Shown here one piece after another: positions 40,801 through 53,204 of a stretch of DNA of 64,000 bases. The notes beneath the pieces are model-generated. The model was not told where the DNA came from, searched no databases, and was given only the letters and a program-made list of their open reading frames with translations. Location: contig NC_134026.1 of the NCBI RefSeq assembly GCF_964204645.1, positions 5,789,950 through 5,853,949 on the forward strand, given 5' to 3'. Position 1 is the stretch's first letter. Each line of letters opens with the position of its first letter. Made by a program: the position numbers and the translations under genes. The stretch is from Tubulanus polymorphus (lineage: Eukaryota; Animalia; Nemertea).

Positions 40801-41567
40801 CTCGTTAGGGATAACACATTGATTTTGCCTGTTACACAAGGAGGATTACCGAAAATCGCGTCGACGTTTTATGGATTATCGAGCTTTTAGTCGTTCATAC
40901 ATCTCTCCAGTGGCGAATGAAGCGGGCGAACTGAACGATTTACCAACATAAAACCGTGACAAGTGAAAATCTATAAAACCCACATACATACGCACGCACT
41001 AATGAACAAATGCACCGATATACAAATTATGAATTATGAAATGATCGTTAATGGTTAAATGGGTTTTCGTCGGAAGCTGATGGACCTGTGGCTTTTGACT
41101 ATTCGAGCGCGATAATAAATTCGGCGCGTGGACTATTAGCGGCAATAAAGGAGAGATTTTTTAGCCCACGTCCGTCGTCGTTCAGCAATCGTTGTGACAC
41201 CACAGCGCGCTATAGTTAATCACCCAGTTGCAGATTGAAGTTTAGATGACGATAAAGCCCATCTCGGGGTTTCTCCGCGGCGCCTAATATGAAGGGATTA
41301 TAAACGCGCCGAACTCAATTCCGTGACAATATCCGCGAACAGAAATTCGAGAATATCAAGTGACTCAGAACAATGACAGCTCTCTTGGCTCTACAAGTTC
41401 ATATTCTCCATGCTGGAAATTAGAGTCGCGATCGACTTATCACATTGATATGAGCTTCGGATAAGTAACGTTCTCGTTGACAAGTTTGCGAGTGCGCTCG
41501 AATTGGAGTACGCCAATACGTGATCTTTCCGCCGGGAAAAATAGCATCGAAAATAACATCATCAGCG

Positions 41568-43091
41568 ATGAACGTCGAAGCGTGGTGTCTACTTTTATTA
41601 TTTCATATCAGTCACCTGATAGTTGCCGTGTCAGCTGCATGTCCTCGGGTCTGTTTCTGTAATTCGGAGTCGAAAATCATTTACTGTTCGCGCAAAAATC
41701 TGAAACACATTCCACGGGGCATCCCGAAAAACACCAAAGCGTTAAATTTGAATGAGAACAATTTCCAGATAAGTACTCTCCGGAGGCGCAATTTCACCGC
41801 CTACCTTAACTTGGAGCAGATCTTTCTGAGCGAATGCGGAATCAGCGCCATCGAAGTGGGCACCTTCATCGACCTAGGAAACCTACGATGGCTAGATTTG
41901 AGTAAAAACCGAATTAAAGATTTGCAGGACTTCACGTTTCGTGGATTGAGTTTGCTTCATTTGTTTTTGAACGGCAACAAAGGAATTGTCATTCACGACG
42001 ATTCGTTTAATCTACTACGTACGGAGGGACTTTATCTCGAAAGATGCGGATTAACGGAAATCACCAGTCGCCAATTGAAACCGCTAAACGGTAGCTTGAA
42101 CAACCTATGGCTTGATTATAATCAGATAAAGAGATTTCGTCCGAATATTCTGGATATATTTAGTTATCTTGAACATGTGCGCGTGAACGATAACCCCTTT
42201 CATTGTAACTGTCGTCTGACGTGGTTCAAAGAATTCTACGACAAAAATCGCAAGTTGTTCGGAAGCGCGAGTACGAACCCGCGCTGCGCTACGCCTATTC
42301 GTATCAAGAATAAACATTTCGACAAACTTTCCCTCGGTGATTTTCGTTGCGAACCACCGATTTTCAATGACGTTGATATTCTATTTTCGAACAATAACGG
42401 GATAGTTAGTTGCAGCGCGATGGCCGATCCGCCGCCCACTATACAGTGGACTAAACCGGACGGGAGAGTTAAAATATTCCCGCCGCCGGTAAGCGAGGGT
42501 TCGTTTAAAACGGACGCTATCATGAGAATATCTCACGAAGACGATGGCGTACATTCGGGAAGTTATGTTTGCTTGGCTTCCAATTCGGCGGGAAACGTCA
42601 CGCTGAAAATCAACGTTTCGTGGCCGAAAATTGAACACACGACCGTCGTTCGGTACATTGAGGCGATCGCCGAAACGCCCGATGGCGAGGAAGAATTCGG
42701 GCGCGTTACGAAACAATTAATCAATCCCGCGCTGACGACATCACCGTCTCCCCTTCCAACCACGCCACTCTCTAAGGTTATAACCGACATTTCCACCATG
42801 TACGGACCGACTTACGTAATATCAACTGATCGGACGTTCTCAATGCTCGAACTCGTTGGTGCTATCCTCGGTACGTTTTCATTGACTGTTATCATGTGCT
42901 TAATTACGTTTTATCTCTGCTTGAAAATCCGTCGCGATCGTTCGGCTGCCGACCACCTGCCACCGAACGTCGGTGGACTTTACGCCCTGCCGCCGAATTG
43001 CGGACAACCCGCGGCTAAGGAGAACTTGTACCTGGACACGAAAGTCGACGACGACGATCTATATATGGGAATAAATGATGTACAAACGTGA
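41568..43091 (+). CDS. Leucine-rich repeat and Ig domain single-pass membrane protein (LIG family; LINGO/LRIT/Kekkon-like architecture), 507 aa, uninterrupted CDS
   Basis: First ATG of the long ORF is at 41568. Signal peptide MNVEAWCLLLLFHISHLIVAVSA; LRRNT CPRVCFC; tandem LxxLxLxxN repeats; LRRCT NPFHCNCRLTWF..C..P; Ig domain VSCSAMADPPPTIQW..SGSYVCLASNSAG; Thr/Pro stalk; TM LVGAILGTFSLTVIMCLITFYLCL followed by KIRR; short cytoplasmic tail; AATAAA ~33 nt after the stop. Confidence 0.95.
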   Translation: MNVEAWCLLLLFHISHLIVAVSAACPRVCFCNSESKIIYCSRKNLKHIPRGIPKNTKALNLNENNFQISTLRRRNFTAYLNLEQIFLSECGISAIEVGTFIDLGNLRWLDLSKNRIKDLQDFTFRGLSLLHLFLNGNKGIVIHDDSFNLLRTEGLYLERCGLTEITSRQLKPLNGSLNNLWLDYNQIKRFRPNILDIFSYLEHVRVNDNPFHCNCRLTWFKEFYDKNRKLFGSASTNPRCATPIRIKNKHFDKLSLGDFRCEPPIFNDVDILFSNNNGIVSCSAMADPPPTIQWTKPDGRVKIFPPPVSEGSFKTDAIMRISHEDDGVHSGSYVCLASNSAGNVTLKINVSWPKIEHTTVVRYIEAIAETPDGEEEFGRVTKQLINPALTTSPSPLPTTPLSKVITDISTMYGPTYVISTDRTFSMLELVGAILGTFSLTVIMCLITFYLCLKIRRDRSAADHLPPNVGGLYALPPNCGQPAAKENLYLDTKVDDDDLYMGINDVQT

Positions 43092-44749
43092 TGAATCGAA
43101 TCGAAATTGTTTTTGGATATGAAAATAAATACGTGATGTATTATATATCAGTAGAACAATCAGCTAAGTTAGTTCATTCACTATCGCGACTGTGTCTTAG
43201 CCCTAACTATACAATATGTACAACTTCGTAATCCGTTATTTAATCTAGATAACTATATAAATTGGTTGGAGGTTTTCGGAGGACACATCTCGGTTATTAG
43301 GTGGGGTGTTTGATGTTCATGTGACAATTTTTTTGGTCCTAAATAACGTTGGGAAGGTTTTTAGCATAGTTTAAATGTGAATGATCACAAGGAGGCATTC
43401 GATTTATTACTGGAAAATCATAACTAAATGAAACAAGAAAAATACAGTTGGCAGTTAGAAGGCTGTACCTCTTAACGAACATGAACTATCATTAATATTA
43501 TTGACACGTAACGTCGATGTGTTAATGTCTCCACATTAACCAACCCGTCGAAGATGGGTTTCCTGCCAGCCAAAGATATTTTGCAAAATATATTATTACA
43601 AAGATGTTTATCTATACTTAAACCAAATTAGCTTACACATTTTGGCTTTGATACGTTTTCGCTGAAAAGTCGAATTCGTTGATCGAATGTTTTCGGTCAT
43701 CCGAGGTAAATGTCAAGCAATGAAAAGATTAACGCGGTATGGTTTGACCTTTTGATTGACCTTTTCAGCAGTTATTAGCAAACGGAAACGATCTTGGAAA
43801 CGTTTCTTCTTCCCAGGAAAAATGCTTTAAACGTCTGAACGATCCCGTTCCATTTAACAGCTAAATGCATTGAGAGACTCATTTGGTGTTTTTTTTTGTC
43901 TTAACCGTTCAACTTAGAATTGTTAATTGAGATTCAGGTCGTGTAGTTTTTTAAACGACGTTTTCTTTTCCACGAGTTGATTGAATTATTTCAACTGTAC
44001 GTAACATAATACCCCGTTGAGCGCCGAACGGAAAGATTGGATTACAAGCCAAGACTATAAACTATAATTTTTAGCCTCGATTCTCGATTTGTTCAAGTAG
44101 AACAATTCCAATTAAAATCTACATCGCTCCTTCCACTTGAATTGTTTTAGATGGATTGCTATTTGATATTGTCTGCGAAAGATCGATGAATGACGACTCG
44201 CTCGTTGAAAATTTAAAGTAGTTATTAGTAACGTGGTTTCTTTCCGTGGTATTGACACTTGGCCCGTTATTTTTTGTCAGCGCGTATCAGTCGTATATTA
44301 CCGATATTGGAATTTGATGTTTGAATGCACCAGACAATCGTCGAGTTGAACAGTAATGAACGAGACGATCAGCTGAATAGAAAAATCGTTCATCGCATGA
44401 AAATTAATGAAATGGAATGAAAAATCACGGGGCAATAACTCCTCCATTAAACGTCGTCGCAACGCTTGACACGAGAGTTGGAACCCAATTTGACCGCTGT
44501 TTTTTTTTGATAAAGGCTTTGACCTCATTTCGATGAATTATTTAAGTGTGGTTCGCTAAGGTACATGCTTTTCATTATCAGCATCAGTAAACAGATTTGA
44601 CCGCTATTTGAAATAAAGTCTCAGTTAACCACCATTCTACGGCCAATGTGACGTACAGTGTCACGACCGTACTTAGAGGAAAAGATCGTCTTGGATACAA
44701 CAATGGATGATTAATTGATAAAACCCACAGCAAGAAGAAATAACTAAGA

Positions 44750-44849
44750 GATAGTTTAACGTTTCAACTCATTTCTATGAGCCATTTTCAAAATATCTTA
44801 TCATATTTTGAAAATGGCTTATAGAATTGAGTCGAAACGTTAAACTATC
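44750..44849. repeat. 100 bp inverted repeat (47 bp arms, 3 mismatches, 6 nt loop)
   Basis: gatagtttaacgtttcaactcatttctatgagccattttcaaaatat-cttatc-atattttgaaaatggcttatagaattgagtcgaaacgttaaactatc. Confidence 0.92.
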
Positions 44850-45485
44850 GTTTACTGTGCAGGTTACTGTGACCACTTGTCTTTGGAAACCAATGAATGA
44901 TTTGTCTTATGACGGACGGTTGCTGAATCCGCTCCATATTCAAGCATGTATTTTAAGAAGCTCTAATGCTGCGTATATAGCCAATAATTCTTTGATCAAA
45001 TGGAGAAGGTTTATCTATAGTCGATAAACTATCTTGCTTGGCTCGAATGACTGTTTAGAAGTTGAAAGACGAAACGAACGAACAACGCGATCAATTAATT
45101 TCATAACTAATTCCCTTTGCATGTATTCTTTTTCGAGCTTCATGCGTCGAATTCCCTTCGGAGTACATTAATCAATCGACTATGCATCAGTCAACCTAGT
45201 ACATATAAATCATCGAACTAATGAATCAAATTGGCTTGATCCATCTGGGAAGCCTCCGAAATGCTGGCCGTTTTATACGGGATCTCCTGGGAATATTTCT
45301 TCCTGAATTCGTGTGTCATTTTGATGCATCTTGCCTGGTCGGCGCTCGCGTGTGTTTGATGTAAGATAAACCATCCATTAAGGGTAAGACAATACCGTGG
45401 AAGAATATGCATGGTGGGCTAAGACTGAGCACGAATCGTATACGCCCGTCGTAGAACGGCGAAGATTCTAGTCTTACTGAATACC

Positions 45486-45511
45486 ATTATTCATGATATA
45501 TCATGAATAAT
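45486..45511. repeat. Perfect 26 bp palindrome
   Basis: attattcatgatatatcatgaataat equals its own reverse complement. Confidence 0.85.
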
Positions 45512-48500
45512 CAGATACATAGTCGAATGAATATCAAATAATAAACACCGGTTCAAGCCGTTCAGCAGGACTTAGCGCTTAAAATTTGCTTTCTTAAGTC
45601 GTGCCATCTAATACTCTGTTTGAAACACCGAATTGTACTTTAGTAAGCATAGTTATCAAACACTATTTGGAGTAAAACATTTGCTTCTCAAACGAAACAA
45701 GACATCTAACATCAGGAATTGCAAAATATTTGGATTATTTCTCTATTGTTTTTTGGTCTGTTGTTATAACACTGGAATAGTTGCTGTCGACGAGTTTGTT
45801 CGTATCTTTTTTGAAGTCCCCCGCGAACTCTGGGGCGTGAGGGTCGGAGCACGCACTCGAAGCATTCGCTGTATCATCACACCGTCGAAACATACCGCTA
45901 CAACATTTCTAATTCATTAGATATTTTCCGATGTTAACATAGCGATCATTATCTTACATCATTCCTCCCTGCGCGATACAGACGAGAACAATATTGATCT
46001 AATGAAACGAGCGTTTTATCACGGATTTCTCAGATAAAAAATGGATTGAATTTTGTTATCGAACACACATACGTACGTGCGGTACATGCAGACGACAGCG
46101 CACTGACTCGGCGGGGGCCCCGGCGGCAGCACGAAAATCAGACAGCTGTTCTCCTACTCTAGTTCGGTTCGAATTACCGACTCGAAGAATGACGCAATGA
46201 AAACATTAAACCGTCCCGCGTGGTAAGCATTGAAACGCGAATAAATTCGCTCGGGGATGATTCTGCCGTCATCGCAGTTTTTCATGCCATACATATTTCA
46301 TGTATGAGCTTACAATGCAACAAAACCTTTAGGGTTTTAGTAACCTGATGATCGCGTGTCATCGTGATACATGATGATGATTTTTGCTTCGAGGAAAAAT
46401 CAGAGCATATTAGCCTGACCTCAACGTGCGATCCGTGAACGACGAATATGTTTTACAGAGGCCCGGTTCAGTTCTATGATTAAGGATGAATGAAAACCTT
46501 GCAAACTTTGGTCTTAAATTTCGATATGGGGGGGCTGGCAACGGATCCTTTTACGGATCTTCTAAGAATTTGATTAACATGCAACAAAGTATTGCAGCAA
46601 ACTTGAACATCGCTATAGCAAAAAGTTCAGCAAAATACATTTTTGTTTCAGCAAGTTTTTTAGTCTCAAAAAAAGATGATGGATTGTATATACACCTATG
46701 TATGAGATTTCATCGCGACTAAAGGAGGAATATAATTGCTTTGTGTATTTAAGAAGGCAACATAAGTCATCAATAATCCGATGGAAATAGCAGATAAGAT
46801 GACACGTACTAAATTGACAAAGAACACAGACTCAGGAGCTACTAGAAACGTGTAAATAGAAAAGCGTAAAAAGACTCTTTTCGTAGCATTAGTACATGAT
46901 GCCGTACAACAGGCTTGAAATGGTATTGATCATAACACTAAAGACATTATGCGCATTAGATTTCGGTTACCTTTGCAACGGGGCTCATATAAATCGTTTT
47001 GAGCTTAATTTGGCACCTAATTAACTGTGTATTTTTCTACTGGTAGCTCATGGTGGTCCGCACAAATCAGCAACGATTGATTCAGTTTTAAAAGGTATTC
47101 GTGTAATGATTTGCGTTACAGGCTGTTGTTTTTACCGATGCCATGTTAGACACGTTTGGCATTGCCCGGGCAACGGTTTCTTCCGGTGGCGTTATTTCTC
47201 CCTGTCGCCAGCGAATCATGCAGAAATAAAATTGACGAGCTACGAGCCTATAATCCCTCGACACTGCTAGTTCATGTCGCTGTCACAATTTTAATTACAT
47301 TAATTGCTCTCAGTTATCAGTCAATCACAGCTCCTTTCAACCGATAACTGTGGCTAAAAACTGTCTACACCAACACTTTCTAATTACCATACGCGTTTCA
47401 AAGCGTATCCTTCACTGAATCCCACCATCATTTGCATCGATGCAACGTCGTCACACCGATATGACTCCATAGAACGATCCTCGGGGTTTTAATCATGGCG
47501 AAGCTAGACCAGAAAAGTGGGAGGGGATTGCTATCACGAAAACGACTTCTTCGCAATCCGTTCTTCTGTTTCATTCTTTTCAACTCTATCCTTTCAAATT
47601 GTTTGTAATGCCGCATTTCTTCGAGGTAAAAAGTTGCAAAATCGTACTTTTTACTCATTTTCCCGATACGTTCGAGAATTCCTGGTTATAAGATTGACAG
47701 ATCGAGGCTTATATTATGAATAGATACGATGATTATTCGACATGGACGATGGACCGGGGTATTATGTAGTCTGTGCCGACCATATGAGACCAGCGATAGG
47801 ATTTTCTATCATTTTTTTTCTGATTAACTCCAGATGGAAATATGAAGACAAGGATATACCGTTTATTAGCTAGATACACACAATGGATGTCGTCTGGTTG
47901 GCGTGATGAGCTGAATCATCGACGGACAATCATCTTTGAGATGATATTCACTCTCTTGTACCGGTAAGGCTTCTCGTGGAGTGTCACGTTCGGTGAATTA
48001 TACGTCGAGCAACACGAGACGCACCTGTACGGAAGTGACGCCCTTAAACGCCACAGGTCATGCGAACAACAAACAACGAGAGGTGGTTAGAATCGTAAAA
48101 AAATACAAATAAGTCCGTTATAGGATATCATCATAACTGATCCCTTCCATGGCCGTGCGTAAGTGTTATTTACCTACCTCGAGTGACGTCACGATGAATA
48201 CCGTGATGCTACGTACGTATATGAATGAAATAGACAAGGAACTTTAAAAGTGCACTTCATTTATAACAACAAAAAACAATTTCTAAAACCCCGAGAAGTG
48301 GAAAGAGAAAACCGACAATATCAGGAAACCTTTGATATTACCTTTTGAAAGCAACAGACTTCATCTTTGTAAATATATTTTTGAGTATATACGATGCGCT
48401 TAGAAAATGAAATAGACACAGATAAAACGACTGCAGATATCATTGACAAATCCTTTGTAACCTCTGGAGAGGTACATAACGGTCACATAAACCAGGCCAT

Positions 48501-49418
48501 TTTCTAGATTTGTCTGGGATATTAATTGCAATTCACCGCAGACCTCATTTATTTGATCTTCTATAAGTTCCATAATCCGCATTCTACGTTTGGGAGTTGC
48601 CGGTTTCTGTCAGATAACCGAAACTTCGCGTGTCAAGTTGTATGACATTTCCCTCGGTGTCGCCTCAACACGATCCTACGACCAAAGAATTTATTTGGAA
48701 ATGTTTCTGGAAGAGATATTTTTGGATAGCTTATACAACGACGCCGTCGAAGGCATTATACATCACTCGGAATCAATGCAAAAAGACAGTTTAGATAGAG
48801 CACTCGTGGATGAATAAACTAGTCGATCAATTCATAACTTTTTTCTAAGCGTATTCGGTCTGTGGTAAATTGTCTGTAACTTTACTATTTGGCAGAATTA
48901 TTACAAGCCACGAACCATGTCATATCCATGACCCGTTTATGCAAACAATTGCACCCAGAGCGAATTTCTTTTTTTTTGTCGCCGAATTACATTCGGCATG
49001 TTCCGTACGACGAACAAAAAGATACGTCTTATCAGCGAAACAAAATGTGCCTTTTTCGCGGCTTCTATTTTCTCTGTTTATTTTCTATTAACGTCGACGG
49101 CGTAAATAACGGATAAAATGTATCCAATTGGTGGAACCATATCCCAACACAATCAGGCAAACACTTGAAGAGTTGTCAGTTCGGAATAGGTTGCTGAATG
49201 GGCTATCAATAATCTAGAGATATACGGGATGAGGGAATTGTATTTATGAGCGATGTTCTCTAACGAATTCTCGCTGTCTACGCGTTACATGACTAATGAT
49301 GTAACTGCTAGGTTAGCGCAGTTGTTCATATCGTTATGCTCAGACTAAGGCCAGGCATCGCGTTAACCTAGCATCTACTGATCCATACGATACGATCTGG
49401 TATAGATGGACCTTTATT

Positions 49419-49686
49419 CAGGGGTGGGTCCGAGAGGAGGGTGCAGGGGGTGCACACCCACTAAACATATCAAGTTGCCCTGAAATTTAAATTTTACGGG
49501 AAAATGAAAAATACTAAACTGATACCTAATTAGTTTAAATTCATAAGCTTGTTTTCTGTTGTATTCCCAAAAAAATGAGTTGATATTTTGCGATGAGCTT
49601 TCTTTCGGGGTGCCCTTTTAAAAGATATAATATGCCCCATTTTGGGGGTGCACCCCTCCCTAAATCAGACCCAAGAACCGCCCGTG
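49419..49686. mobile_element. Degenerate non-autonomous DNA element with CAGGGG-type termini (hAT-like MITE)
   Basis: caggggtgggtcc ... gaaccgcccgtg ends with subterminal gggtgcac(a)ccc motifs at both sides. No clear target-site duplication. Confidence 0.55.
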
Positions 49687-51882
49687 TTTTCCCCTCATTA
49701 CAGATATCACATCAAGTTATAGAGTTACAAACATCACCAAATATTCAGAAAGACTATCTTCATATTTTCTCAGTGATCGTTTGAACTCCTTATATCGGCG
49801 TTTTATGTTTCTTCCATAAACCAACAATTTCTGGTTTTTGTTACTACGTGTTGTTTCTATTCACTAATACATATTTCTGATGCTGTATCGGCATTTTGCT
49901 GTACTGAATATTCTGAATATTGGAATATTTTTGCGTTTAAAAAGCGTCGTATTGACAAGTTGCAAGGCAGCTGCCGAGACGTTGATGCTTCTTGTAGCGA
50001 TGTTACCGCTGTTATCACCGAAGGCAACCATAAAATGGCTCGGAAAAAAGACGCACAAACGAATAAAAGATACTTTTTGCCATCCTGGAAAATTCACAGA
50101 TAATAAAACCGCCTCGATTTGCATTTTCTGTCGTGAGAAATTTCAAAAGATACTCGGATGTGAATTCAACACTCGTGTGAGCACTTGAAAAGCTAGTAAA
50201 AAAATGTTTCATCACAGTTTGCTGAACAGCAAAATCGGCGGAAATTTGTTAAGTCCGTAAAATTGGCGATATGTTGGGAGTGACGACAGTATTAACAACG
50301 CGAAGATACATTTGATTAACGCAACGAAAACCATTTCTATTTTCTGATTTAAATGCAGGGTATTGTTTTATTCCATGATATATAGAGTTGCTCCGTGTAT
50401 ATAAACACAGATAACTGGTAATCATTCATGCGTGATAGTTTATTATACGCGCATACTTTTAGATTTTGGATGAAGTCGTAACCAGAAAACCGTATCGAGC
50501 TCGCTCATGCTGATATTTTTGACCGTAATACATTTTCGCGCGTACTGCTTTTAGTTTTCCGTATCTATTTACTATGAATATACTCATCTAAGTAAAGTGT
50601 AAGACAAGAAAAAACTAACATATGTTATTTCTTGGCCTAAGGTTTTGTAACGATACAAAACACCAAAGAAAAACAACTGCGCGAATTGCGTAACAACGTC
50701 AAAGTTTCATTCTAACGCGTGTACAACAGGCAGCAGAACGGTTCGGTATTTTTATCTGAACCATCCTTTTAATAATGTTCTGCACATGCTGACTGATGTG
50801 GGTTTGCTTTTTTTTAAGTCAGTTCCATCTATTTTCGCCGCCCGCGGTGTAATTAACATCAGACTCCCGCTAAATCGTTTCCGATTTTTCTTGTGAGTTT
50901 CAGAGTCACGGTTAGACCCGGAATGGTTTCCACGCAAGCCGCAGTTCGCCGCACGAGGTGCATTCGCAATTAGTCCGCGCATAACCCAGCCGTCGATATG
51001 CCGTCTGCTTAAGTGCTTTTAATACGTATAGCTTGAATCGGCATCGGGTCGCTGAAACCTACAACCTGCGCGTTAATGGACACCGAACCTTGTTATCCAC
51101 AAAAACAGATAAAACGAGGGAATCTTATCTCGGATCGGTTGAGAGGAACGTGTCCAGAGGTCATATCTTCTTCAACACGTGGTCGAATATTATTCGATCA
51201 CCAGGTTAGAAATCCTGTAAAATCGAAATGATTTCACCGCCGCAGATATCGTACACAGTATTGCATACAATATACATAGATACGTATGTTAAGAGCTATC
51301 TCATTCAATAAACGATGCCTTAAGACAAATTTGATATTTTCTAATAAATAGTAACGAGTATCAAAACTACAAAAGCATCTAAATATAAGCATATTCACCA
51401 CGAACCGTTTACCTCGAAGTAACAATAGTTTTCTAATGGCAAATGTACATGCATATCTATATATTTATAGAATTTTCATAATATACTTCTCATGTACTTC
51501 TTATATTTCAGAGCCTCTGGTATTCGCAGTTTTCGACATCATGCAGTTCCAAAAAGGACCCGAAGCGCACAACGATTTTTGAAATCGGATATATGGACCG
51601 TAAAAAATAATTACCGACCATTAGGCTGTGTCGGGTTGCAGGTTTAATTGATATAGTAATGGAGTATGATATCTATTCCCAACATTTAGATTGGTATATA
51701 TGTATATGCATATATCAATCGGTACATACATCAACATGTCTATGTCATATTTTTGGAGTACCTTGTTTAGATTTATGAGAGAATTAAAGCCTATACATTA
51801 TAGAAACGTAAAATGCACGTGTGTGACTTCGTAGATATTTCGACAGTCTACGTTGTTTATAGATTACTAATACCCAGGTACT

Positions 51883-52185
51883 GTTATTTTGGATTTGAAT
51901 ATCGATGATTGAATTGAATTGACCGGCAACCAGTCTATCCCCGATATTGATGACGTAGTGCAAATCCTCGAAAATTTTTTACAAATCTATCGAAAGTTAA
52001 ATCCGAGTTATGAAATGTATTTGACTACAAAATGCACGCCAAAATTCACAATTGTGATTGTCATTTTGAAACGCCAATATTGGTGACGTAGGGCACATTG
52101 ACTCGTACAAATCCCCTTATATAATGCATACTAGGTATCAATGTATATACAGACATTATGGTAACGGTTTTGACGGCGTTAAAAA
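51883..52185 (+). repeat. Dispersed ~300 bp repeat family, copy 3
   Basis: ttgaattgaattgaccggcaaccagtctatcc; ATATTG(A/G)TGACGTAG twice; ggtaacggttttgacggcgttaaaaa end. Confidence 0.85.
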
Positions 52186-52936
52186 GTTTGAAAAACCGAA
52201 AACGACAAATATTGACTAAACACAGAATGTAGACTCTCTGCAGAGCATGTGTAGTCGACAGATTTGGTATTTTATTAAATAAATAGATTTTAAAGATGTT
52301 CGCCCGCCACGTTTTTACATAAAGAGTAGATTTATCAAGTTTGCTTAGTCGTAAACTACGTATCAATCACGGATGTAGTGTGACGGGTATCGTCAGTTAT
52401 CGCAAATCGCTTATTTATGCTTTTGAGAAAACGCCGCTGTCGGTGGAAAACATGAACTAATATTTCCATTCTCTCCTGAGAAAATAAATCAAATTCAATC
52501 CGTCATCTTGACGACTCAGATCAGGTTTTATTCATTTCGATCAGGGGATACGTATCTTTCGCTATCTTAGTCCGTATGAGTGTGCGCACCGTGACTGAAA
52601 TATTCTAAAACCCGGTGCATTTGTCAAATGATATTATTCACACACTACGCTTTCGGTCTCACGAACTTAAGGCCTCTTCGCCGAGCAGACGCGCACGCAC
52701 GGATTAAAGAGTTTAAGTCGTTTTTCATTTTCAGTCATTCGCAACCTTATTATCGATTCCGTTTTTATCAATGTTGACTTAATAAATTGTCTAATCTAAT
52801 GGAATAGAATTGAAACGAAAGAACTGACTGTCCTCGCAACCTCAGGCATACAAAACGCAACAGTCTAACACGCGGTATTGCGACCGTGTAGTGGGTATTT
52901 TCATACCTAGGTTGAACGTATTGTTGTATCAACACA

Positions 52937-53204
52937 CTCTCTCTCTCTCTCTCGTGCCATCTCTATCGCCCCTTTAGTTCATTCAGCGCATGTCAGATCG
53001 ACACCCCCAGGGACGAACTCGAGGGATCCGGCGAGTGGTGCACTGAATACGAAAAATTTGAATAATTCATAGCGCGACTTGATTAATTTCGATTTTTAGC
53101 AACTTTCGGCATCCAGGTCGAAGTATTGCTGCTCAGAAAGAAAGCGCTCAGAGCTACTCACTGACGCAATCTGATGGATGCATTCCGAGAGTCTGATAAT
53201 ATCA
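52937..53204 (+). promoter_or_regulatory. Candidate promoter and first exon of an unidentified plus-strand transcript
   Basis: (CT)n tract, Inr-like ttagtt at ~52974, GC-richer leader, consensus donor gtgagt at 53205. Confidence 0.25.

Noticed and set aside
42105-42799. Several minus-strand ORFs
   Set aside because: Antisense shadows of the LRR-Ig CDS.
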